Source: Coprothermobacterota bacterium (GTDB taxonomy: Bacteria > Coprothermobacterota > HKB111). From it: a stretch of DNA of 64,000 nucleotides. This document shows, piece by piece, positions 1 to 7,949 of the stretch (position 1 is its first letter; the number at the start of each line of letters is the position of its first letter). The notes below the pieces were generated by a model. That model searched no databases and was not told the DNA's origin. It was given only the letters and a program-made list of their open reading frames with translations. The translations under genes and the position numbers were made by a program. Location: positions 32,001 through 96,000 of the forward strand of contig JBBIUB010000002.1 in assembly GCA_037440465.1 (NCBI GenBank), given 5' to 3'.

Positions 1-14
1 AAATGTTATATATT

Positions 15-515
15 TTATGGCTTCTCAGAAAGGTACTGTTTAGCAGTATAACCTTCAAATACTTTAGCGTCTTTATCGGTATAACGAACTTTAAACCATT
101 CAGCCCCTTCTTCTAAAACCGTCACTTTTGAACCTTTTGGCATAACAACCAGGATTTCAAAGGTGCTTCCAGCGCCTTTTCTGAGGTTCAAGTTAACGGT
201 AGTATACCTCTCTGTTACCCTGGGCGGAATAGTTGGTTCTGTTACTGGAGGAGTTACTTCTTCCCAGGGCTTGCTGTTAATAAAATTATCCAGAGAGTCT
301 ACTTTATCACTAAGAGAGGCGATATCGCTTCTTAAATTTTTTACGGTTCCAGCTAACCCCCTGGTGCCATGTACATTCCAGAATGTAACTATCAACATAA
401 CCACAACCAACACAATTAGAATCAGATTTACCCAGGAAGGACCTTTCTTTTCAGCAGCCTTGAATAAATCTTCATCATCAAAATCCGTTGTATTACTTTC
501 ATTAAAAAAACTCAT
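15..515 (-). CDS. Membrane-anchored SH3b-domain protein (single TM, coiled coil, Pro/Thr linker, C-terminal bacterial SH3)
   Basis: Hydrophobic stretch LILIVLVVVMLIV; C-terminal LNLRKGAGSTFEILVVMPKGSKVTVLEEGAEWFKVRY..GY matches the SH3_3 pattern; SD GGAGGTG upstream. Confidence 0.8.
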   Translation of the reverse strand: MSFFNESNTTDFDDEDLFKAAEKKGPSWVNLILIVLVVVMLIVTFWNVHGTRGLAGTVKNLRSDIASLSDKVDSLDNFINSKPWEEVTPPVTEPTIPPRVTERYTTVNLNLRKGAGSTFEILVVMPKGSKVTVLEEGAEWFKVRYTDKDAKVFEGYTAKQYLSEKP

Positions 516-534
516 AAATATTCACCTCCTTAAA

Positions 535-1887
535 TTAACTTAAAAATTCTTTCTCTGCAATACCAATAGAGTCATCAAGGATATTTATTACCCTGTCAAT
601 CTGTTCATTGGTTACCACAAGAGGGGGTGCTATATATGTCTTATCTACTGAAGCACGGCAGAGGTAAAGACCTCTTTCCCATGCAAGTTGTTCTATCTTG
701 AAGGCAAACCTGTAGGAACTGGGAATTTTTTTACGGGTGTTTTTATCAGCTACATACTCTAAGGTAGTTAGAAGACCCATTCCCCTTATGTCTCCAACAG
801 TTTTATGTTTCTTAAGAGTCTGGAGTCCCTCCATGAGATATAAACCCATTTCACTTGCTCTCTCTGGTAATTTATCTTCGATTAATACTTCTATGTTCTT
901 CAAGGCTGCAGTTGTAGAAAGAGTATGTCCACCAAATGTAAGTCCATGGACAAACATATAATCTTCAAATGTTTCACCTAAACTATCACTTGCCAGCACA
1001 GCTCCAAGTGGTGCATAACCAGAGGTCAAGCCCTTCGCAAGTACTATAATATCCGGTTTTAACCCGAATATATTTGAAGCAAAAAGAGACCCCAGTCTTC
1101 CAAAAGCATTTACAACTTCATCTGCAATAAGGAGTACCCCATAGTTCTTTGTGATTTCTTCTACTCGCTTAAGATAACCAGGTGGTGGTAAGATTGAACC
1201 CAGAGCATTCATGACTGGTTCAAGAATTACTGCGGCAACAGTTTTGGGTCCTTCCCACTCTATAGCCTGCGCTATAGCTTCAGCACACTCCAGTTTACAG
1301 AAAACAGGTTCCTGTCCAAATTCACAACGATAACAGTAAGGTGGGGGAACATGATGAAAACCAGGCACGAGTGGCTCAAAGGGTTGTCTATAAACCCTTA
1401 TTCCTGTAGCACTCAAGGCCCCCAAAGTAACGCCATGGTAGGACTCTTTTCGAGAGATTATTTTATAGCGCCCACTTTGACCTTTAAGCTGGAAGTACTG
1501 TCTACTCATCTTGATAGCTGTTTCTACAGCCTCAGAACCTCCACTAACGAAAAATACTCTGTTTAAATTAGCAGGGGCAATTTCCTTTAATTTTGCTGCA
1601 GCCAGAATAGCTGGTATGTTAGAATACCCACCAAAAAGAGAAGCATATCCTATTTTTTCTGATTGTTCCTTTATAGCATCTACAATCTCCCTTCTTCCAT
1701 GCCCAACATTAACAACCCAGAGCATAGACAATCCATCTATATACTCATTCCCATCAATATCCTGTATTATTGCACCATCACCATCTACAATAATTTTTGA
1801 TCCCTTTTCTTTGACTTCTTTCATCGATGTATAATGATGCCAGAGAGTTTCCCTGGCCTCATATGCTAAGAAATCTTTATCTTTCAT
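535..1887 (-). CDS. Class III PLP-dependent aminotransferase (omega-amino acid/beta-alanine/polyamine type)
   Basis: Motifs SGGSEAVETA, SYHG, LLIADEV..AFGRLG, PDIIVLAKGLTSGYAPLG (PLP lysine). Confidence 0.9.
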   Translation of the reverse strand: MKDKDFLAYEARETLWHHYTSMKEVKEKGSKIIVDGDGAIIQDIDGNEYIDGLSMLWVVNVGHGRREIVDAIKEQSEKIGYASLFGGYSNIPAILAAAKLKEIAPANLNRVFFVSGGSEAVETAIKMSRQYFQLKGQSGRYKIISRKESYHGVTLGALSATGIRVYRQPFEPLVPGFHHVPPPYCYRCEFGQEPVFCKLECAEAIAQAIEWEGPKTVAAVILEPVMNALGSILPPPGYLKRVEEITKNYGVLLIADEVVNAFGRLGSLFASNIFGLKPDIIVLAKGLTSGYAPLGAVLASDSLGETFEDYMFVHGLTFGGHTLSTTAALKNIEVLIEDKLPERASEMGLYLMEGLQTLKKHKTVGDIRGMGLLTTLEYVADKNTRKKIPSSYRFAFKIEQLAWERGLYLCRASVDKTYIAPPLVVTNEQIDRVINILDDSIGIAEKEFLS

Positions 1888-1932
1888 TAATTCCTCCCAG
1901 AAAAAAGCATAATAGCTTCAATATCTTTACTA

Positions 1933-2766
1933 TTATAGAAGCTTCTCCAGCTCATCACGAGATATGCTGTAAGTATGATCTTTAGATGGAAAATCTCCAC
2001 TCTCTACTTCTTTTTTGTAACTCTGCAAGGCTGATAGGATAACTTCTGCCAGATTAGCATATTTCTTAACAAATTTTGGTGTGAACAATTCAAAAATACC
2101 CAGAAGGTCATTCACGATTAATAACTGACCATCGCAGTATTTTCCTGCACCAATACCAATAATAGGTATTATTGCTCTTTCCGCAATAATCTTTCCTACC
2201 TCCTCGGGAATTGCCTCCAGAAGAATGGAAAAAGCACCTGCTTCTTCAAGAGCTTTAGCATCATCAATAATAGCCTTTGCTGTTTCTGCTGTTTTACCCT
2301 GAGCAACAAAACCACCAAGCTGCGTGATAGATTGAGGAGTAAGCCCAATATGACCCATAACAGGTATGCCAGCTTTTACTATTCCATCTACAATATGAGC
2401 TACCCTTGCACCACCCTCAAGTTTAATAGCATCAGCACCACCTTCCTTAACAAACCTTCCAGCATTCCATATGGCGTCTTCAACATTTCTATGATAAGCC
2501 ATAAAAGGCATGTCGCCTATCACAAGTGGGCTCTTTGCTCCTCTACTGACAGCTTTTGTATGATGAATCATCTCGTCCATAGTAACAGGTAAGGTATTGC
2601 TGTACCCAAGAACAACCATCCCGAGAGAATCTCCTACCAGAACAATGTCAATGCCTGTCTTCTCCATAAAGCAAGCAGTGGGATAATCATAACAGGTAAG
2701 CATTACTATCTTCTTGCCTTCCTGTTTTTTCTTTATTAAATCAGGTATCGTAATCTTCTTTACCAT
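1933..2766 (-). CDS. panB: 3-methyl-2-oxobutanoate (ketopantoate) hydroxymethyltransferase
   Basis: MLTCYD, LVGDSLGMV, DMPFM, KLEGG, GHIGLTPQS, IGIGAG..CDGQLL signature motifs. Confidence 0.95.
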   Translation of the reverse strand: MVKKITIPDLIKKKQEGKKIVMLTCYDYPTACFMEKTGIDIVLVGDSLGMVVLGYSNTLPVTMDEMIHHTKAVSRGAKSPLVIGDMPFMAYHRNVEDAIWNAGRFVKEGGADAIKLEGGARVAHIVDGIVKAGIPVMGHIGLTPQSITQLGGFVAQGKTAETAKAIIDDAKALEEAGAFSILLEAIPEEVGKIIAERAIIPIIGIGAGKYCDGQLLIVNDLLGIFELFTPKFVKKYANLAEVILSALQSYKKEVESGDFPSKDHTYSISRDELEKLL

Positions 2767-2775
2767 TTCTGCCTC

Positions 2776-3708
2776 CTAAGGTTTTGGAATAGCAAGATCT
2801 ACAGGTCCTTGTGGAGAAAGTTTTAAATCAGGAGCTGTCCTCTCTATAAGCTCTCTAATGATTTCTGCTTGCTTTACTTTTTCTCTTGCCAGAAATGACA
2901 GAGAATCAGGGCTAACCCAGGGTTTATATAAAGCTCCTACTCCTGCTCCAGGTTCAATCTTTAAGTAACATGGAGAACATACCCTTCCAAGCTCTCCTCC
3001 CTCCCAGAAACGGTTAAAACCACCCATAGAATCAAATAGATAGATATGCAGGTCCATAGGTATCTTTACAGCTTTACGAATAGAAGCCAGCATTGGTAAA
3101 GACATATCAGCTACAGGATTAAATGTATTCGCTCCAAGCGTCTCCAGAACCTTTGCGCCAGCTGCATTAGCATGCCCTGCGAAGATAGAAACCTTAAAAG
3201 TGGTCTCTTTCGGTATATCACCTTCTGCTCGCATTTTGCTCAAAAGATTAAGAAGTCCTTCATCCCAGATTAAAAATCCCCTGAACCCAGCTTCAATGCA
3301 ACGAAAGATGTCAGCTATTATATAGGAAAGGTTATCAGAACCTCTTACTCTAAGGCCAGATAACGCTCCTTCGGGAGTAGCGATCTGTCTTCCTTGATCC
3401 CATAAAGACCTGGGTCCAGGTGTTACTATCACTTCTATTCTGGTATCGTGTGCCATTTGAGCAAAATCCTTTAACTCCTGTTTAGATAGAAGAGTTGCAC
3501 CCATCACCATGCCAATAACTCTGTGAACGGGAACTTTCTGTTTGTTCATCTCATCTATCATAGCCTCAAGGGTAGAAGAACGTTCTATTCCTGAAATTTC
3601 TATGCGATAGTGAGCACCATCCGGAAAAGTGTAAGGAGAATTTGATAACTCATAAGCGTCTCTTCCCGGTATTCCGTATTTTTCCATCAATCTTCTGATG
3701 TACTCCAT
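2776..3708 (-). CDS. Conserved hypothetical protein, probable TIM-barrel enzyme (resembles proteins loosely annotated U32-family)
   Basis: 310-aa ORF with SD AAGGAGG; alternating beta/alpha pattern (FRGFLIWDEG, FKVSIFAGHAN, ANTFNP, PMDLHI, YLKIE); function not assignable. Confidence 0.6.
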   Translation of the reverse strand: MEYIRRLMEKYGIPGRDAYELSNSPYTFPDGAHYRIEISGIERSSTLEAMIDEMNKQKVPVHRVIGMVMGATLLSKQELKDFAQMAHDTRIEVIVTPGPRSLWDQGRQIATPEGALSGLRVRGSDNLSYIIADIFRCIEAGFRGFLIWDEGLLNLLSKMRAEGDIPKETTFKVSIFAGHANAAGAKVLETLGANTFNPVADMSLPMLASIRKAVKIPMDLHIYLFDSMGGFNRFWEGGELGRVCSPCYLKIEPGAGVGALYKPWVSPDSLSFLAREKVKQAEIIRELIERTAPDLKLSPQGPVDLAIPKP

Positions 3709-3813
3709 AAATATTCTTCCTCCTTATAATCAGGAAAATTTTATCTACTATGGAATTATACCAGATGTGATTAATATTATTTTTTAGAATTAGAAAAGGC
3801 TTCTTTTAAAAAA

Positions 3814-3889
3814 TGGTACCCCCAAGCGGATTCGAACCGCTGCCGCGGCCTTGAAAGGGCCGTGTCCTAGGCCTCTAGACGATGGGGGC
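3814..3889 (-). tRNA. tRNA-Glu (anticodon TTC)
   Basis: Reverse complement GCCCCCATCGTCTAGAGGCCTAGGACACGGCCCTTTCAAGGCC...GGTTCGAATCC...GGGGGTACCA folds as a cloverleaf with CCA end. Confidence 0.95.
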
Positions 3890-3904
3890 ACAAAATTAAT
3901 TATA

Positions 3905-3979
3905 TGGTGGGCCCACCTGGACTTGAACCAGGAACCTTCCGGTTATGAGCCGGTGGCTCTGCCATTGAGCTATAGGCCC
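3905..3979 (-). tRNA. tRNA with CAT anticodon, most likely tRNA-Ile2 (lysidine-modified)
   Basis: Reverse complement GGGCCTATAGCTCAATGGCAGAGCCACCGGCTCATAACCGG...GGTTCAAGTCC...GGGCCCACCA; acceptor stem is Ile2-like and lacks the initiator C1:A72 mismatch. Confidence 0.85.
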
Positions 3980-3991
3980 ACTATCAATAAA

Positions 3992-4067
3992 TGGCTGCTC
4001 GGGCAGGACTTGAACCTGCAACCAGACGGTTAACAGCCGCCCGCTCTACCAATTGAGCTACCGAGCA
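3992..4067 (-). tRNA. tRNA-Asn (anticodon GTT)
   Basis: Reverse complement TGCTCGGTAGCTCAATTGGTAGAGCGGGCGGCTGTTAACCGTC...GGTTCAAGTCC...CCGAGCAGCCA. Confidence 0.95.
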
Positions 4068-4136
4068 ATCTTACTAAATATTATATCATATGCCTTTTAG
4101 TGAATTGTCAATGGTTTAATACCTCATTAAGAATGT

Positions 4137-4165
4137 TTGACAGGGTATTAAATTTATGCTATCTT
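4137..4165 (+). promoter_or_regulatory. Sigma70-type promoter for the methyltransferase gene
   Basis: TTGACA-17 bp-TATCTT with an extended -10 TG. Confidence 0.55.
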
Positions 4166-4187
4166 AAAAAAAAATATAGGAGGATAT

Positions 4188-4934
4188 ATGGTGTTAGATT
4201 TTGATGATTTCTATGGTGAAGACTATCTTAATATATATGGCCCTGACCTGGATCAACGAACCCAGGTTGAGGTTGAGTTTATAGATTCTACATTAAATTT
4301 GGAACCCCAAGCAAAGATTCTTGATCTATTTTGCGGATATGGTAGGCATGCTCTACTACTGGGTAAACTGGGATATGAAGTAGTAGGTGTCGATACATCT
4401 CAGTATTTGATTGATATAGGTATAAAAAAAATAGAAACTGCCAGATTGAGTCAGAAAATTTCTTTACTAAAAAAGAAGAAAGATGAGATAGGTTTTAATA
4501 ATGAATTTGATGCTGTTATCAATATGTATACCAGTTTTGGTTTTTACGAAGATGATGAAGACAATTTTTCCCTTCTAAAAAAAGCCTATGATGCTTTAAA
4601 GCCAGGAGGAAAATTTCTGTTAGATGTTGTTAATAGGGAAAGAGTAGTATCTCAACCCAGGTTTAAAAACTGGGAAGAGCGAAACGAAAGTCTTTTTTTA
4701 TTGGAAGCTTACGACTTTAATTATTTGAGGGGTCGTGCTATTACTAGAAGAATAATATTAGATAAAGGTGTAAGGAAAGAAGGCTATATTTCTATAAGGC
4801 TTTACACCTTAGCTGAACTAAAAATGGCTTTAGAAGCAGCAGGTTTTAATGTAGAGAAAGTATATGGTGGTTATAACGGGAACCTTTTCACAAATCTTTC
4901 TCCCCGAATGATACCCTTATGCATTAAAACTTGA
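4188..4934 (+). CDS. Class I SAM-dependent methyltransferase
   Basis: ILDLFCGYGRH motif I, FDAVINMYTSFG, LKPGGKFLLD; SD AGGAGG. Confidence 0.9.
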   Translation: MVLDFDDFYGEDYLNIYGPDLDQRTQVEVEFIDSTLNLEPQAKILDLFCGYGRHALLLGKLGYEVVGVDTSQYLIDIGIKKIETARLSQKISLLKKKKDEIGFNNEFDAVINMYTSFGFYEDDEDNFSLLKKAYDALKPGGKFLLDVVNRERVVSQPRFKNWEERNESLFLLEAYDFNYLRGRAITRRIILDKGVRKEGYISIRLYTLAELKMALEAAGFNVEKVYGGYNGNLFTNLSPRMIPLCIKT

Positions 4935-4959
4935 AATTATATTATAAATATATGAAATT

Positions 4960-5739
4960 CTAACTGCTTCTTCTGATCTGTATTATTTCTGCAAGAATAG
5001 AAATAGCTATTTCTGTTGGTGTTATAGCACCTATAGAAATACCAATTGGTGTCTTAACTTGAGATAGCTTATCTTCAGGAATCCCTGAGTTAGTGAGGTT
5101 ATATATAATCTCTCTCGCTTTTTGACGACTGGCAATCATTCCCAAGTATTTCGGTAAAACGGGCTTCCGTAATATGATTTCTAATATAGATTGGTCAAAA
5201 CCGTGACTCCGTGTTGCTATCACTATATACATTCTTTCATTGTCTATATCAAGGTTATGAGCTGTTACCATCATATCGCCATGAATAAAATTAACCTCAG
5301 AAGAGAAATGCTCATCAGTTAGGAGTTCTTTTCTATCATCAATGACTATTACCTTAAAGCCAAGATTAAGAGCTATTTTAGACACAGCTTGACCTATGTG
5401 ACCACTACCAAAGATATATAGCTTATCAATAAATCCCATAGGTTCAATAAATACTGCCATACTACCACCACATAACATACCCAGGCTCTCAAGAGCTATC
5501 TCTAAATACTTAGATTCTTTTAACTCTATACACTTAAAACTTTCTTCTATCACCCTGGATTCTATAGCTCCCCCTCCTACCGTTCCAGATGAACTGCCAT
5601 CAGGGTAAATCAACATTTTAAAACCTGTTTTCCCTGGTGCGCCTTCAACCCCTCTTATTACTGTAGCCAAAGCAAAAGGAATCCCAGATTCAAGATTTCC
5701 AAGAATCTCTTCATAAAGCCTTTTGTCATTTGCTTGCAT
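4960..5739 (-). CDS. xdhC: XdhC/CoxI family molybdoenzyme maturation factor
   Basis: ALATVI..G.PGKTG.KM, GTVGGGAIE, GMLCGG, IFGSGHIG, YLGMIAS, TPIGISIGAITPTEIAISILAEI. Confidence 0.9.
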   Translation of the reverse strand: MQANDKRLYEEILGNLESGIPFALATVIRGVEGAPGKTGFKMLIYPDGSSSGTVGGGAIESRVIEESFKCIELKESKYLEIALESLGMLCGGSMAVFIEPMGFIDKLYIFGSGHIGQAVSKIALNLGFKVIVIDDRKELLTDEHFSSEVNFIHGDMMVTAHNLDIDNERMYIVIATRSHGFDQSILEIILRKPVLPKYLGMIASRQKAREIIYNLTNSGIPEDKLSQVKTPIGISIGAITPTEIAISILAEIIQIRRSS

Positions 5740-5741
5740 TT

Positions 5742-6362
5742 CTAATTATCCCCTTTCTTGAAATTTATTAATCTTTCGTATTCAACTGGTGTATCCAGGT
5801 CCATGAGAACCTTTTCATCTTGAACTTCTACTTCCACAATAAAATCAGAATGTCTGTTCAACAAATCTCTAAGTGTATCTTTCTCATTATCAAGAGAAAG
5901 AACCTCACTCCTGAGTTTGTTATTAAACAGTAACGGATGCCCTCTTCTTTTTTTAAAAACAGGGGCAACTATAAGCGAAGTTAAAGGAGAAAAAACATCA
6001 CTAAGACTAACTAACCACTTTGACTGTATAAATGGTTGATCTCCCAGAATTACATAGAAACCATCAATATCTTCTCTTAATGCTCTAACTCCAGTCTGCA
6101 CTGAAGAAAGCATTCCCTTTTTGTAAGAAGGGTTAAAGACAACCTTAATTCCCAACTCTTTAATCACTGGACCAAGAATGCTCAAAATAATATTTTTATC
6201 AAAACCAAGAACTAAAATTATTTCTGAAATACCTGAATAGTATAATGTATTCAAAATCCTACTTCCAATTGGCTTGTTATCCCAGGGAAGAAGGATTTTA
6301 TTCTTCCCCATTCGCGTTGATTTACCAGCAGCTAAAACTACTGCTCCTAAATTATTTAACAT
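5742..6362 (-). CDS. mocA: Molybdenum cofactor cytidylyltransferase (MocA-like nucleotidyltransferase)
   Basis: VVLAAGKSTRMGKNKILL, GMLSS, LGDQP, RGHP, DLDTP; adjacent to xdhC. Confidence 0.8.
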   Translation of the reverse strand: MLNNLGAVVLAAGKSTRMGKNKILLPWDNKPIGSRILNTLYYSGISEIILVLGFDKNIILSILGPVIKELGIKVVFNPSYKKGMLSSVQTGVRALREDIDGFYVILGDQPFIQSKWLVSLSDVFSPLTSLIVAPVFKKRRGHPLLFNNKLRSEVLSLDNEKDTLRDLLNRHSDFIVEVEVQDEKVLMDLDTPVEYERLINFKKGDN

Positions 6363-6487
6363 AAATCCCCTTTTTTATGAGTCTCTTAACTATATGATAT
6401 TAAAAGTGGTTTCATTAAAAATGCTAACACAAATTAACTACTCCCTTATAATACATAAAAAATACTGAAAGATTTCATATATAATCC

Positions 6488-6518
6488 AAAAAAATTGGCG
6501 GGATTTTACTCCCGCCAA
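6488..6518 (-). terminator. Rho-independent terminator downstream of the NCS2 permease
   Basis: Minus strand TTGGCGGGA-GTAAAA-TCCCGCCAA hairpin followed by a T run. Confidence 0.85.
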
Positions 6519-6553
6519 ATAATTATTTTAATAAAAGTTCATCCTAAATATTG

Positions 6554-7909
6554 TTAGGACTTAACTCCCCGCTCTTCCAGGGTACCAGGAATAAGGTTAT
6601 CTAAAACTAAGCCACATAAAGCTCCAACAGCCATTCCGGTGCTTAGGAGCCGATTGAGAATGTCAGCAATCCACTGGGGGTCAAATGCTATGGGGTTATT
6701 TCCAACCCACTGAGGAACCCCTAAACCCATGAGGAAAGCAAAACCAATAATTAATAAGTTCCTTTGAGAAGTAAGGTCGGCTCTTCCCAGAATCATGATT
6801 CCAATAGCTCCAATTACGCCGAAGAGAGCAATATAAGCGCCACCAATGATAGGTGAGGGTATAGTAGCAATAAGAGCACCAAGTTTACCAATAAGGCTCA
6901 TGATTATCAAAAGAATTGCACCTGTTCCAACAACATACCTTGAAGCAACTCCTGTGATTCCTACAAGACCAATGTTTTCTGAATAACTGGTCGTACCAAC
7001 GCCACCGAAAATACCGCTAATCATGCAACCCAAGCCTTCTGAACCAATACCTCTATTTATCTTTTGTGGAGTTGGATCATCAAGTCCAGCAGCATAAGAT
7101 ATTGAGTGATAATCACCAAAAGATTCAATCATTGAAGCAAAATATGCTGCCAAAATAGCAAAGAAAAAGGTAATATCAAAGACTGGCCTACCATAACGGA
7201 ATGGGATTGGCAAATTAACCCAGTTAGCGTCACCAATAGGAGCAAGGTTAATAAAAGCTGCATGCCCTTCTTTAAACACACCCATAAAAGTTAAGAGAAG
7301 GCAGACAACATACATAAGAGCAATAGAGGATATTACAGATATAAGACGCATCCTTTCACCGAGTAACATGGAAAAAACAAAAATACCCGCTACAACAAGA
7401 ATAGCAACAGGCCAGAAGCTCCCTGCGGTACCTACAGCCACAGGTGCTAGACCAAAACCAATCAGCATTATGGTCGGTCCAATAACTATAGGTGTGATAA
7501 CTTTCCTTAAAAGTCCAATTAGACCACCATAGCCTACTACAAGCTCAACTAAGCTACCCGATATTAGAGCTCCAGAAATAGCTTGCATTACATAATTAAC
7601 TCCCCGTTCTTTGGTGGCTGCAACAATAGCCATAACTGCAGGTATAAAAGAAAAGCTCGAACCCTGAACAATGGGTAACCCACTTCCTATTAAAGATAAT
7701 TGTAGTAAAGTGGCAATACCCATAACCAGATAAACAGAGTTTACAAAAACACCAATTTGGACTTTATCCATTCCAATAGCAGGACCAAAAATTAAGGGGA
7801 CAAGTGTAGTAGCTCCAAACAAAGTTAAAACATGCTGAAACCCACCTACTATCATAAAGCTGAGAGGTGGTTTGTAATCTACTGGCATAATAACTTTCCT
7901 ATTAGGCAT
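6554..7909 (-). CDS. NCS2 (uracil/xanthine) nucleobase:cation symporter
   Basis: QH motif, LPIVQGSSFSFI, ESFGD, NAT-type signature SYSENIGLVGITGVASR; start moved to ATG 7909, which has SD GGAGG. Confidence 0.9.
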   Translation of the reverse strand: MPNRKVIMPVDYKPPLSFMIVGGFQHVLTLFGATTLVPLIFGPAIGMDKVQIGVFVNSVYLVMGIATLLQLSLIGSGLPIVQGSSFSFIPAVMAIVAATKERGVNYVMQAISGALISGSLVELVVGYGGLIGLLRKVITPIVIGPTIMLIGFGLAPVAVGTAGSFWPVAILVVAGIFVFSMLLGERMRLISVISSIALMYVVCLLLTFMGVFKEGHAAFINLAPIGDANWVNLPIPFRYGRPVFDITFFFAILAAYFASMIESFGDYHSISYAAGLDDPTPQKINRGIGSEGLGCMISGIFGGVGTTSYSENIGLVGITGVASRYVVGTGAILLIIMSLIGKLGALIATIPSPIIGGAYIALFGVIGAIGIMILGRADLTSQRNLLIIGFAFLMGLGVPQWVGNNPIAFDPQWIADILNRLLSTGMAVGALCGLVLDNLIPGTLEERGVKS

Positions 7910-7949
7910 ATAAAACCTCCTTAAATAATGGATTAAAAAATAATTAAGC

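Noticed and set aside
3851..4033. 60-aa plus-strand ORF (and likewise the 93-aa ORF at 30794-31075)
   Set aside because: These overlap tRNA genes and/or yjbQ; they are translation artefacts of structured RNA sequence
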